A stretch of DNA of 54,512 bases, filler included, from Asterionella formosa (taxonomy: Eukaryota), in NCBI GenBank assembly GCA_002256025.1. It is 4 parts of 4 records of this genome, joined end to end, with 100 filler letters (N's around TTAATTAATTAA, not from the genome) between each part and the next. Parts side by side here need not be neighbours in the genome. Positions count along the whole stretch, not along the records: positions 1 to 13,590 come from NKIB01006590.1; positions 13,691 to 27,253 come from NKIB01006598.1; 2 more parts are not named here. One strand, given 5' to 3'. The position numbers and the translations under genes were made by a program. Of the stretch, positions 10,529 through 23,181 are shown one piece after another. The notes beneath the pieces were generated by a model. The model was not told the origin of the DNA. It saw only the letters and a program-made list of their open reading frames with translations, and ran no database searches. Every line of letters starts with the position of its first letter. Position 1 is the stretch's first letter.

Positions 10529-13003
10529 TTAACCGGATAGCAGCTCATTGAGAGCTTGCTCAACATTGTTATCATGCTCTTTGAGAGCTGCCACAACCCT
10601 GTCCATGTCAAAGTCCATTGCTACCAAGGCAGCAACCTTTTCATCGTCAACGTGAAATCGGGGGTCATCATGTGAGATATTCACTGCACCGGGCACAGAT
10701 GGCCTGGGCAAAATGTCCGGGGCAATGTCATTGTTGGGGTTTTCTTGTGGATGAGGTAGATTCCGTGCCATCACAAGGTTGCTGCTGCCACCTGCAAGAC
10801 TTTGTGCCATGCGAGCATCGTCGATTTCCTGCTGTCGCCGTGACGCACTTTTCTGATGGGAGTCTTCATAGTCACAGCGGTCGACCGTCAGTCGCACTGA
10901 GGCGTCACCCACCAGTTGCTGCAGTTGTTCGAGCTTGGGTGTGACCACCTGATAAAAATTGTTTCCATCTCGTAAATGATCTGACAAGACTTCAATCTCG
11001 TCAAGAGCATCCTCAATCATGATAATGCAAGTATTGGCACTAGCGAAGGATGCACCAACATCTCGAGCTGCCTCGAATCGTTCATTCTCTTCCAAAATTC
11101 TATCAAGCAAGTCCTTCTGTTGCTCCAATTTGCTTTGAATCTCATTGACCATCACTGAAAATTTCTGTTGTTCTGCAAAAATAGCTTCCTGGTACTGTTG
11201 ACGAGCCGTTGGAGAATTTTCATCAATTTCGTTCAAAATGCCAGAAATATTGCAAGAATTGACTTCATTTATCAGTGACTTCAATGCATCATCTCGCTCA
11301 CGAAATTGTGCTGACAGCTCTGCCAGCAAACGTGACAGATATAATGTGTTAATCATGGAATCGCCTGCAGTGGCAGGCAACAACCTGTCCAGATGTGATT
11401 TGTCAAATTGCAGGAGCCTGTACTTTGGGTCCGAGTCTAAAACCTTCAACCGCTTCAACAAGATAGAATCACCCTCTTCTGATTTTTGCAATAGGCTTTC
11501 ATATTTTTGTAAAGACTTCCGAAAGGGCTCCTGCTCTTCATTCACATCATGCCCCACAAAATCCGGATGCTGCTCTCGAAATAAGGAGTCGAGTTCCAAG
11601 TCTTCGCCTAATTGATGTTTGGTTTGTTTGTAAATCAACCTGGCTTGCTCTGCCACATCTCTCAATTTCCACAAATCCATTTTCAGCTGCGACATGCGAT
11701 TTGAGTTTTGAATCGCTTCGACACGTTCCCACAAATCCATGGGAATTCCCCCACCTGCATGTTCTTGCTTGTACGCTGTGAGTGAACGTGGCAGATTGAC
11801 GCTGGCCAATTGCATTTTTGCCTGTTTTGTGTTGAACTTCACTTGCTGTGACATTGCATGGACTAGGGCCTCCATGTCTTTCCGAAAAGCAATCGACGCA
11901 GATCGTGCCATATCTCCCATCATGTTGGTAAACATGGGCGTTTTGAGAGTTTGGTAATCATTTGGTAATGATTGAATGCCCTTGGCTAGGAATTCTCCCC
12001 TAATTGGTCGAACATCGTGTGGAGATGGAATTTCCTGATGATACGTCATTGCATTGTTTCCCAGGGCAATTTCATATCGTTCAGTCAATTTTCCCAAGAG
12101 CATGTTGAGTGATTGTCGCAAATACTCATGTAGGCCTTGTTGTGGAACCAGATGTAGCATCTCTTGACAGAAGTGTGCCACCGTCAACGCCTTTTCTAAT
12201 CTTGCCAATTCCATTCCCCAATTTTCCTTTGCCTTGCTAGTGATAGATTCATGGTGTTCTGCCTTGGCCTCCATGAGCAGAGCCCACCCATTCAAGTACA
12301 CGACCCAAGCTTTCGTATCCACATGAGCCTCCAAATCCCGACAGGCTTCAAGAGCTTTCTTCATCAGTGGCACTGCAGCTATGGCCAATTTGGCCAAGAG
12401 CAAATGCTTTGGCTTTCCTCCCGCAGCTGCCATGTAGTAGCCACACATTTGACCCTGCGCTGCGAATACATTTTCCCAAAACAACAACATGGCGGGTGAC
12501 ATATCCATACCCGGAAGTGTGTTTTCCGCCGATGATTCGGCCAATGTGTTGACCAAATGATGAATTAGCGACGCTGCTGATTGCCAGTGTTTGACTGCCT
12601 TGCTCAAGGCCCTCTTGTCCGCGAAGTTGTCCGCTACAGACGCCGCTGCCGCGTGAGATTCCAAGGCAGCAGAGTTCCACAACACCGCCGCTCGTTCCCC
12701 CGAGAGCGACGAATGCACTTGTACGTCGTTGCAAAAGGCCCCCATCCATTCGAAACGCAAAAGTGTCTCGTCTGGAAAGTTTATTTTCTGAAATGCCAGC
12801 AAGCAAGCGTGATATTCCTTCAATACGGACAGTTCCATAGTATTATTGGTGGACATGGACAATTGATTCCGAAGGGTGTCAAGGCGAAGCAGGTCGTCCA
12901 TCATTTCGGATGCAACAAAGTCCATGTCGGTAGAATCCAACCAGGCGATCATGGCCCTTTGCAAATCATACCGGGGGCAGCTGCGGAAGGGCAACGTGAG
13001 CAT
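10529..13003 (-). CDS. BRO1/ALIX-like ESCRT-associated protein with V domain and C-terminal UBA domain
   Basis: FEWMGAF and ERAAVLWNSAAL (Bro1 domain), GNNAMTYHQEIP, a coiled-coil V region ending DGNNFY, and VAALVAMDFDMDRVVAALKEHDNNVEQALNELL (UBA). Confidence 0.88.
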   Translation of the reverse strand: MLTLPFRSCPRYDLQRAMIAWLDSTDMDFVASEMMDDLLRLDTLRNQLSMSTNNTMELSVLKEYHACLLAFQKINFPDETLLRFEWMGAFCNDVQVHSSLSGERAAVLWNSAALESHAAAASVADNFADKRALSKAVKHWQSAASLIHHLVNTLAESSAENTLPGMDMSPAMLLFWENVFAAQGQMCGYYMAAAGGKPKHLLLAKLAIAAVPLMKKALEACRDLEAHVDTKAWVVYLNGWALLMEAKAEHHESITSKAKENWGMELARLEKALTVAHFCQEMLHLVPQQGLHEYLRQSLNMLLGKLTERYEIALGNNAMTYHQEIPSPHDVRPIRGEFLAKGIQSLPNDYQTLKTPMFTNMMGDMARSASIAFRKDMEALVHAMSQQVKFNTKQAKMQLASVNLPRSLTAYKQEHAGGGIPMDLWERVEAIQNSNRMSQLKMDLWKLRDVAEQARLIYKQTKHQLGEDLELDSLFREQHPDFVGHDVNEEQEPFRKSLQKYESLLQKSEEGDSILLKRLKVLDSDPKYRLLQFDKSHLDRLLPATAGDSMINTLYLSRLLAELSAQFRERDDALKSLINEVNSCNISGILNEIDENSPTARQQYQEAIFAEQQKFSVMVNEIQSKLEQQKDLLDRILEENERFEAARDVGASFASANTCIIMIEDALDEIEVLSDHLRDGNNFYQVVTPKLEQLQQLVGDASVRLTVDRCDYEDSHQKSASRRQQEIDDARMAQSLAGGSSNLVMARNLPHPQENPNNDIAPDILPRPSVPGAVNISHDDPRFHVDDEKVAALVAMDFDMDRVVAALKEHDNNVEQALNELLSG

Positions 13004-13690
13004 CCTTTGTTGTCCTTTCTTCCGCTTGCCTTAATGCTTCCTTTTGAAAAGGCGATGAAGAGACCTGATCAATCAGAAAGTGTGTATCGCTTCTGGTGGC
13101 AAATATTATAGAACTCCAAAGACCGGACAGGGATTAGGACGAAATAGTTTCCCTGTTCCCATGCCTACCGGTACCGTACCAGTAAAAAAGTGCTGTGACC
13201 CACTAAAAAAAATTTGGAACCGCTGTGACCCACTGAACAGGAGAAAAACACGGTTTGACCCTACCAAATGCAGATTTGTTAATTTTAAAACTTCGACCGC
13301 AATCCTGAGCATGTACGCTCTAAGGCTATGCCATTAGATATAAGTTTATAGCAATTGGTTTCTCCTAAAATATTGGTTGAAAAGTGCGATCGACGAAAAT
13401 ATTGCCAGAACACGGATTACCCCATGTTTTGAGGACTCACTGTTATATGATATACGCAGCATAATACAAAAATATCGCCTTCGATTTATTTGTTGTATGA
13501 TTCCTGTCATATCCTTATCCCTGTCACTTGATACTGCCTAAGTAACTTGAGCATCATAAAATAAGCGCCCTTTCACCCATACACTTGAAANNNNNNNNNN
13601 NNNNNNNNNNNNNNNNNNNNNNNNNNNNNNNNNNTTAATTAATTAANNNNNNNNNNNNNNNNNNNNNNNNNNNNNNNNNNNNNNNNNNNN

Positions 13691-16072
13691 CTTAATAAAG
13701 TCATCAATCGCAATATATATCCTTTGCCTCGAATACAAACTATTCTCACTAAACGTGCTGGATATGTATTTTTCACCAAATTGGATGTTTCCATGCAATA
13801 CTATACTTTTGCATTGGATGTGGAGAGTCAAAACTTGTGTGTTATTTCAACTCCATTTGGTTTATATAAATATTTACGCCTGCCTATGGGGGTGAAACAA
13901 TCATCTGACATTGCACAAGAAACTATGGAACAGATCCTTAGTGATTTAGATGATGTGGAAATTTATATTGATGATGTGGGTTGTTTTTCAATGAATTTTT
14001 CAGATCACCTTCATTTATTGGACACTATTTTACATCGTTTACAGATAAATGGTTTTACAATTAATCCATCTAAGTGTGAATGGGCCGTCCAAGAGACAGA
14101 TTGGTTAGGCTATTGGTTAACTCCTAATGGACTGAAACCTTGGTCTAAAAAAGTCCGAGCATTGATTAATATGTCTTCACCTACCAATCTTAAACAAGTT
14201 CGATCATTTCTCGGTGCTGTTACTTACTATCGAGACATGTTTCCTAGACGATCGCATGTTCTTGGACCACTTACGGATTTAATTGGAACTAGTCCCTTTG
14301 TCTGGTTACCTATCCATCAACAAGCTTTTGAAGAAATGAAAGCATTGTTAGTTGCAGATACACTCATGCGTTATCCTGACCATAATCTTCCTTTTCATAT
14401 CTTTACTGATGCCTCTGATTATCAATTAGGGTCGGTCATTATGCAAAATGATCTCCCAGTTGCTTATTATTCTCGCAAATTATCTGCTGCTCAAAAGAAT
14501 TATACTACTATTGAAAAAGAATTACTTTCTGTGGTAGAAACTTTCAAAGAATTTCGCTCTATGTTATTGGGCGCAGTTCTACATGTTCACACTGATCATC
14601 GAAATCTTATTTACAATACATTACATACCCAACGTGTTCTACGATGGCGACTTTACATTGAAGAATACCATCCTACTTTTCATTATGTGAAAGGGACTGA
14701 CAATGCTATTGCAGATTCCATCTCTCGCCTCCCGAGGCTTGAGTCTTTGGTGGAGGATGATATTGATATTGGACCGATATTGATATTGGACCGAAATCTC
14801 CAACATCAACTTCCACTTCTACTTTTTCAATTGAATTAGATGATGAACCTCTGCTTACATGTTTCCTTAATCATCCCATCTTGACAGACAATATTCAATA
14901 TCCTCTGGATTATCATTTAATACATGATAGACAATTGCTGGATATACAATTGATTCTCAATCAACAAACACATCCATTAAAATTTCCTTCTATCAATTTT
15001 CATGATATATTCTTAATATGTTTTGTGAAGAACCCAGGAGATACTTGGCGTATTGCTATTCCTACATCATTATTTGATCCTATTATTAATTGGTATCATC
15101 AGATCTTAGCTCATGTGGGTATGACAAGATTAAATGCTACAATTGCTACACATTTTTTATCACCCTATATTAAAAACAAGAGTGGAACATATTGTAAGAG
15201 TTTGTGAAGCATGTCAACGTACAAAATTACCTGGTACTGGTTTTGGTGAACTTCCAACCAGGAATGCATTATTATTACCATGGTCAGAAGTCACAGTAGA
15301 TCTAATTGGTCCATGAAACATAACAGTGGCTGCTCAAACGATTGAATTTCGTGCTCTAACTTGTATTGACACAGTCACTAATTTAGCAGAAATTTCACGT
15401 ATCACCAATAAAACATCAGAATATATTGCAATGAAATTTGAAAATGACTGGTTAACCAGATATCCCCGTCCAGAACGCTGTATACATGACAATGGAGGTG
15501 AATTTACTAGTGCTCCTTTCTTACACATGTTAGTATTGAATGGAATCAAAGATGTGACTACTACAGTAAAGAATCCGCAAGCAAATGCTATCTGTGAACG
15601 TTTACATCAATCTATCAGCAATAGTCTACGAGTTATGTTAAAGGCTCATCCTCCAATCAATGAATTTTAAGCCCAAAATGTTGTGGATACATGTTTTGCA
15701 GCTGCGTCATATGCAGCTCGAGCTACTTTTCATAGTATATTACGTATTTCACCAGGAGCATGGGTTTTTCAACGACGTGATATCATGATATTAAATATTC
15801 CTTTGATTACAGATTTACAATTAATACATCAACGTCGACAAGTGATAATTGACGAACGTTTCCGTCGTGCTAATTTCCGTCGTCGATCTTATGATTACAA
15901 AGTGGGTGACGAGATTTTAATATTATTGGATAATCCTACTACTTTGGATGATCGTGGACGAGGTCCTTATACTATTATTCAAGTACATGCCAATGGGACA
16001 GTTACTTTCCAACGCACTATGCACATTACCGAACGAATTAATATTCGTAGTATCAAACCTTTTCATAGGTAA
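13691..16072 (+). mobile_element. Ty3/gypsy retrotransposon pol (RT, RNase H, integrase), degenerate
   Basis: RLPMG and YIDD (RT); TDASDYQLG and [10 protein letters not shown] (RNase H); HVGMTR...CEACQ, VDLIGP, HDNGGEF and NPQANAICERLH (integrase). Frameshifts plus in-frame stops at 15314-15316 and 15668-15670. The 5' part is lost in the gap. Confidence 0.96.
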
Positions 16073-16097
16073 AAGGTTTCCCTCAAGTGTGGGAGAG

Positions 16098-16292
16098 TGA
16101 GCAATCCTGCACATCGATACAGATATATATAGAGTTAGGGTTATATCAAATACATCGGAATTCAATAATGAGAGAACCCGACTAACATCCATTCTATACT
16201 TTGATGACAGTTCAGGAAATGAGTTGTACATAAGGATTAATTTATAAGCTCATATATTCAATAAATACTACTACTTCTAGTTAGATACTTCA
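16098..16292 (+). repeat. Probable 3' LTR of the gypsy element
   Basis: PPT-like gggagag (16091-16097) is followed by TG, with AATAAA near 16260 and a CA end at 16292 just before a GGTACC cluster. The partner LTR is not visible. Confidence 0.55.
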
Positions 16293-16336
16293 CCTGGTAC
16301 CTGGTACCAGGTACCACACTTTGTCTTCCGGTACCA

Positions 16337-19300
16337 GGTACCAGTCAAAAACTGCTTAAGACCACTATATTACCCCGTTTTTGGACTAAAATTAGAAAAA
16401 TGTTCAGCCGACCCCATTCAAAACCCTTTGAATAGAGGTCAACTAATGCATGCAAGTGCTAGATAAATGAATCATTTTAACAATTGGAAGGATATATCTT
16501 ACGATATTGAACTTTTTAGGTCGTTCATTTTGCATTTTAGTGGTCTTAAGCCATTCATATATTTTTCATTATGTATACATATTTTTTAATGGTAAACGGT
16601 TAGAAAATAATAACATCGTTTTGCATATTTTCTCCAATTTCTTGTGTCAACTGACGTCGATTTTTTGTGCAGAATACATAAATCACTCTTCTTCCACGAT
16701 GACTTCATCCTCGTTGTCCTCTTCAGCTGAGGCTGCTGGTGGCGGTATAGCTCCAGCAACTGGGACTGTGCATCGCCATGTCCCATTGTATCAATATTTC
16801 TGGTAAGTAAGCAGTAGATGTTTTGTTGCAGGTAATGGCGCATCGTCAATTCGTTTGTACCAAGACACTATTGTTTTTGTTTACGCCACCGTCCATTCGT
16901 GTTCCTGTTTGTTGAGCGCTCTGATCGCTTGCACCTTGTTCAATGTTGCTGTGTAGTTCATAACTTTCTTTTTTGCTTTCTCACTCTCCTTCTCCTCTGC
17001 TCTTCTTTTCATCCAAGTCATATCGTCCAGTGCGTCCGCTCCCAGTTTAAAGCATCCAGCCGCCACAAGAAGTCCTGCTGTATACTCTTTTATTTTGCGC
17101 AATTGGCCATAGCGCCGATTCCTTCCATTGGCGAGCCATCTGATCATGATTGATGTCGTTCCTTGAATCCTCTTTGTTCCTGAATTCAATAACTTTGTCA
17201 AGAAGGGGGCGGGTGATACATTCCTTTAGATTCAGTCCTGCTGGTGTGATGGTCGAGATAGTGGCATTCAATTCTGTCTGGGTTGCTGAAACTACTGTCA
17301 GTTGTATTTCATCATGAAGAAGTGTGTTGTAGTTCGTTGGTTGCTCATTTAATGCATTGCTGGTAGTCTCTTGAAAATGCCATGGTGCTTTGTTTGGGAC
17401 TGCAATTTGCGCCTGGTGCTGGAGGAAGTTGCGTGGTCTCAATGGCAGCACTATTTTCGTTTTTACTTCCCCCCCCCCCTTCTCACCGGAAAGTTGTGCT
17501 TGTTCAGTCTAATGCTGATCAGGTCTATCTGTTAGATAATTGTTTCTCACACTGCTGTTTTCATCTGAGTTAAATGTAACTGTTGTCAAAGTGGATGCAG
17601 TAGTGGAGTTTCTGGTTGCAAAGGTAAGTATGCTGCTGGTTTCAATTTGATTTGCTGGGGAGTAATCCAATAGAACTTTAGAATTTAAACCGCCTACAAC
17701 TAGATCTGTGTTGTTGTTGTTCAATTTCTTCAAATGGTACATCACCATGTCTTTTGTTAGCCACATAATTTTGCCACCTTTGTTTGCTACAATCTAGTGA
17801 TAGCACCATATAGTAACACTCCTCCATTGTTAGCCTTTGTAGCTTCTAGTTCTCTAACAATGTTGTTTAGAACAAGCTTTACTATTTCCTTATCTAGAGT
17901 CTTACATAACTCTGTACTTTGCTCGAGGTTTGGTGCATCTTCGGTTCATAATTGTACTACCGGTAAGTACTGGTAGAAAGATCCGAAAATATGAAAATAG
18001 ATATGGTATTTTTTGATTGTATCCAGAGCATTTCAGGATACATACCGGTAAATATGTTGACAGTACAAAATCACCCAATTTCAATGGTGCAAACTTTCGT
18101 GCATGTTTAAATTGGGATGCTGCACGCAATCGCGCCGTAGTAATTATCTACCTGAAGAAAAGCGTTAAAGGAAGCTATAATAATTTGGAGTATAAAACTT
18201 AAACAAATATCGTATATGAAGATAAAATGTCGGCCCAGCTAACCGAGGTAATTTTATTTTCTTCCGATGTGCCTCACTCAACATTTTCGTGGTCGTTTAT
18301 CTCAACAACTGGAACACAACATCGATCTGGCGTCAAGACATCCTATATGTAGATGCGTGGAACAAATGACTTGTTCATAGTAAATATTGTCGTATTGATA
18401 AAATAGAAAAAGTTTGTAGTAAAAATGTAAGATTACTCCGTTATAGTGGTCTAAGCAGTTCATCATAGTGGTCTTCAGCAGTTTTTGACTGGTACCGTAT
18501 GTTAGACAATGCACTCTACTCAATGAAAAAGTCATCAGTTTTGATGCAGTGTCTTGAGCCATGAAAATCAAATTATTCAAAGTCATCAAGATTGTTGCAT
18601 AGTGGTGACGAAGGTTTCTACGTAAGAAAAGATGACTGATGAATCTTCGAAATTATGAAATTGCCATGATCTGCGATTTTCGACTTCATCTCTTGGTGAA
18701 TCTTGGCAGCATTACAGACTGAAGCTTTCTCATATGAAGAAAACATTAGTCTGGAAGGCTGCCGAGATTTGCTGAGAGATGAAGAAGTTGAAATCGATTG
18801 ACAGTAATTCACCCCCAATTTCGCATCATGCCAATTGGCATCATGAAACAATATTAATTTAGCTAAGAAAACACAAGTCTAATTAGGATTCTTTTTACAA
18901 TGACTTTCAATTGCACATTTTAACAACAAACATTTGAAGGACAGACATCTAAGTCGCGTATTACGTGAAGTGACCATCACATGAATAAGCCTGGTTGATT
19001 TTGAATGGATCACATGAATTAGTTGAACACATCAAAATGCTTTCTTGAATATTTCTATAAATTATCTGAATACATCACATTAATTATTTGATCAGAGTAT
19101 CATGCATGCATTCCTGATCATCATTATCTTACATGATCACCTTCACGTAATTATTTGAAAAACTTGAATTTATTCTTATATTTAGTTCACATTGCCTTAA
19201 AATTTTGTTCACGTAATTCTATAATATAGTTCACGTAATGTATTAAATTTTTTTACGTAATTTAAAAGTACTATCAAATAATGTTGAGTACTCATTCAAC

Positions 19301-21051
19301 AACCGGTATTTCACATTACATGGGAAACAAATCTCGATATGCAATCAAACAAAGCTGTTCTATCAGAATGGAATCTTCAGTCTTGAGAAGGCATGCATTA
19401 TGAGACATCTGTAAGGACATTGCAAGACGAAGAGAAGCCATTCATTCAGAAGGGAAAAATTATTCACTCTTGAACAGGCATCATTGTACGAAATTGCAAC
19501 ATGAAGAATGCATCAAACACTGGCTTCCTTCTTGTCCTTGAAATGACCTCTTCGTTGACCTGCAAAGATTTACATAACAACAGTGTGTCAGTAATTCATA
19601 TGATAAAACTAGCAACAGTAGAAAGCAACACACACACCACGTAGTAGTATTCAACTGTTCCTCAGGGCAGTCGAATTGAAACAACAAACCGGCAACAGCA
19701 ACCAGGCAGCACCAGCACAACTCACTGATGCGTTCAAAAGAATGCTCCTGTTGTGAAATGGTACCTATTCATTAGCTGAGGTCAAAACACTCAGCATCAC
19801 GATGCCATTCCAGACATACTCACAATACAGGTATGTTATTCATGTATTTTTTATTTTTAGAATTCATACAAAATATGGTTTATGTGAAAGAATAAGAGAA
19901 TTCATATTGAATGCTGACAATATCGATGGTAAGGATGGTTGTTGATATGCTTCTTTCACCCAGTTGCCGACAACCACATAGCTTCGATTTTCTCCATCAA
20001 TTCATGCCCAATAGCAGTCCTTTGCAGTCGATAACACACACAAATTCGAATAGATATTTAGTTTAGCATTTCAATGATTCTTTCCATACCTGTTTTGTGC
20101 TCATTAGGATTGGTTGTTGCTTACATCACGAATCATGTCGCGATATTTCTCGAGATCCATTTCGCTCCGTTTTTCTCAATCAAATAAGGGCAGATTGCAA
20201 TACAAAAATCAGTAGTGAAGTTGTCTTTCGCAATGATTTATCCTCTAAAAATTTTATCTTGAATTTTTAAAATATTTAGTTGTAACATCAACTATTCCTG
20301 CCTTGGAAATAACCATATGATTGTGAACCATCACATGAAATCAAGACAAGTAATCTTGTTCAGTATACTAGTAAACATATTTACGTGAAGTGCACAACCA
20401 TAAACTGTAGCTGAATTAAGACACCACTGTAGCATGAGTTAAGACACCACGAATATCCTTACTATTTCACAAAGGAAGATGCATGTCGTAAATGAATTAG
20501 CCTCAATAGCAGGACTGAGTCGAACTTTGATATGAATTATTTGAAACATCTACTAATTCAATTTTTTTTAAATCTTCACATGAAACCGTTAAATGTAACC
20601 TTTTCTACGGGAAGAGTAGCAATAATTCATGTGAAGTACCACATAATTAACACTCCTACGTAGAACAAATTTCGAAAAGTGGTGTATTTCGAGGCTTAGA
20701 TGAAGGGTTGCATATGATCATGCCATGAATGAGAGATAATCATTATCCGAGCTAGCCAAATCATATATTTTACAATTGGATCATCAGGCCATTTCGTCAT
20801 TTTTACTGCAACTTGCAGGTTGTCAAAAGGTGTGGCTAAATAACATGTATGCATGACAAGTGCTTTAACACATGACCTAATCCATCCTCGAAAATGCATC
20901 CACATTTCTGTAGGGAAAGTTTTTTCCACTGAGATGACCCATTGAAATCACTCTTTCGCTATTTTATTATTTTCGATTGATAAATTATTTTAATATTTTC
21001 AGTTGGAAGATGGAGTAAAATAATGGTGTCCTACAGTTTTTAACTGGTACC
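16337..21051 (-). mobile_element. TIR-bounded DNA transposon derivative with pogo/Tc5-like ORF remnants (about 16800-17900)
   Basis: Left end ggtaccagtcaaaaactgcttaagaccactatattacc matches the reverse complement of about 21011-21051. Broken minus-strand ORFs (WLTKDMVMYHLKKL; YTAGLLVAAGCFKLG; EWTVA*TKTIVSWYKRIDDAPLP) resemble N- and C-terminal parts of such transposases. No DDE core is visible. Confidence 0.55.
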
Positions 21052-21261
21052 CTGGTACCACTTAAAAACTGTAAGCCACCGTTTTCCAACAATACAAGTA
21101 CGGAAGTATTTACTCGCTATATAAATCTGAACAACTCGTTCGTGACAATAAATAGCGTATCTTGTAAACTAAGTTCAAACCGTGCGTTTACTCCGTTTAG
21201 CGGTGGCTTACAGTTCAAAAGTCGCCGTAGCGGTGGCTTACAGTTTTTAAGTGGTACCAGG
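21051..21261. mobile_element. MITE with perfect 31-bp terminal inverted repeats
   Basis: cctggtaccacttaaaaactgtaagccaccg (21051-21081) is the exact reverse complement of 21231-21261. Further partial TIR copies lie at about 21201-21215 and 21337-21365. Confidence 0.8.
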
Positions 21262-22053
21262 TATCACTACTGACTACATACTCACAAAATATCCTTGGAG
21301 GTATAACCAGGTACCTGGTACCAGTAGCAGGTCGTACGGTGGCTTACAGTTTTTAACTGGTACCACATCATTTACTTACATATATTCCAGTAGTAGACTA
21401 CGGTCCCTGGTACCAGGTACCAGGTATCTGGTACCAGGTACCATGTGAGAAATACATCGAATAAAAAGAATACTACTCTCAAAATGCTCCAACATTGAAA
21501 AACAAAACGCTTCAACGGACGATATACACCATCATTATTGTTCTTCTCACCCGATTACATCTTTCGAATCATAGAGGAGCTGGAAATCCAGGATTCTGCA
21601 AGCTTGCAATGATCTAGCCATGGCAACATCAATCTAGCAAACTATTCAAAGTAGCTGTACTCGATGTTGCTGCGGACAATGGTGTCAGACGCTCTCAAGC
21701 TTCGCCACACACATTACATATTTCGCAATGGTCCATCGCATTTGTTCTTTCCTCGCGAAGAAACTGGGGCCCACTGATGAAGTAACTTCGGTCAAACGTA
21801 GTTCATCCAAGATGCAATTTTGTACTCGTGTGATAGATTTAGAAAAAGAACCCTTCGAGTGTTTACATGACTCCCTTCATCTCGGACTCAATTTCACGAA
21901 GATACCCTGGCCACGAGTGAGTAGACTACTGGATATACTTTTTCATGTTCTTTAATTTTTATCTATTTTATTTCATGCAATTTAATGGTAAAATGAGCAT
22001 TGTTGCTCGTCGAATTAATTTCCACACTGCCAGGATTCTGGCTTATCCATACC

Positions 22054-23181
22054 CTACATGTTCTGTGAGTGAAACAAAGCCATGACCCCAAACTCATCGG
22101 CTCCTCCTTCAAGATCATCCAATATACCGAGGTTGAGCTTGAAACCATCGAGGAATTGTTGATCAGTAGATTCGACCCCGAATTGTATTTCCTCGGAGAT
22201 GTTTACGACATCACATGCAGGTTGATGTGTGGCTTGCCCTTGTTTTATGTAAACAGAACAATGATGCATTAATTTCTTGGAGGCAGGATTGGTGCCAAAA
22301 TGAGGATTCTCATCCATGGATGCCTTGAATATTGGCCGGGCACCAAGTTCCATAACAATTTGCTCTTCTGTGGCCAAATATGCTCGTAGGCGGCGGCTCC
22401 ATCCCACGTTGGTATGATCAAACAGTGACTCGATATCACCTTCTATGAACTCGGTATCAATGTGATCATCGGCGTTGAAGTGAAATGGCTTATACTTGGC
22501 ATCCGCTTTAAAATCACGCTCGATAGATGTCATTCCATTGGGCGTCACCTGTGGAATGCATTGGAATTGCAGACTCGGTTTAGTTGGTTTATTAATGCAC
22601 GGAGTGACAAGAGCAAATGTTGTAGGAGGAACTCTTGTGTAACGATTCATGGGATCAATCTGAACATGATCGCAGTTTGCACCTTCAGCGCCGTCGTTTT
22701 TGTATTGAAAGCTTTGAGCAACTGTTTTTGTTGTTGCGTTTATCTTGAGCTTGCGCTTTCGAGTATTGGTGAACCAGTTGTTGACCTGTTCGGGGGTAAG
22801 TCCGCTTCCCATGGCCAGGTATTCCATCTCTTGTCTATCGGGATAAGGTTTGTGTATGTGCTCTACCAACCATTCCTGTAAGAAGGCCACACTCTCGGTA
22901 GAAAACTTCGTCGAGTTACTTCTTGGTTTCGAAACGTCAACATCTGGTATGCGCTTGCGAGATTGCTTGACGTAAACGTCATAACCTTTGTTGAAATCAT
23001 ATGTGATAGGCGCCACATTTTCATCGCCATGGTCAAAGATATTCTTGTTGACGTTATGTATGCAAGTCATCGCTTTCATTCTTTGTTCAGTCTCGGGATT
23101 TTTCTGTATAGAAGCACAGTAGGAGGAGTGTTGAGGTGAGAACGAGGAAAATAAGTTGCATGAACATCGACGATTTTCCAT
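22054..23181 (-). CDS. TALE-class homeobox (Homeobox_KN) transcription factor
   Basis: FSTESVAFLQEWLVEHIHKPYPDRQEMEYLAMGSGLTPEQVNNWFTNTRKRK has the PYP three-residue loop extension and the WFxNxRxR helix 3. The true start may be 23079. Confidence 0.88.
   Translation of the reverse strand: MENRRCSCNLFSSFSPQHSSYCASIQKNPETEQRMKAMTCIHNVNKNIFDHGDENVAPITYDFNKGYDVYVKQSRKRIPDVDVSKPRSNSTKFSTESVAFLQEWLVEHIHKPYPDRQEMEYLAMGSGLTPEQVNNWFTNTRKRKLKINATTKTVAQSFQYKNDGAEGANCDHVQIDPMNRYTRVPPTTFALVTPCINKPTKPSLQFQCIPQVTPNGMTSIERDFKADAKYKPFHFNADDHIDTEFIEGDIESLFDHTNVGWSRRLRAYLATEEQIVMELGARPIFKASMDENPHFGTNPASKKLMHHCSVYIKQGQATHQPACDVVNISEEIQFGVESTDQQFLDGFKLNLGILDDLEGGADEFGVMALFHSQNM

Noticed and set aside
10618..13111. 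Several antisense or overlapping ORFs on the BRO1, PPR, PLAC8-like and Mpv17 genes
   Set aside because: These are shadow frames of real CDSs with no motifs of their own.
13591..13690. TTAATTAATTAA embedded in N runs (also at about 27254-27353 and 40886-40985)
   Set aside because: Identical in all three gaps and encodes stops in all six frames, so it is an artificial scaffolding linker.
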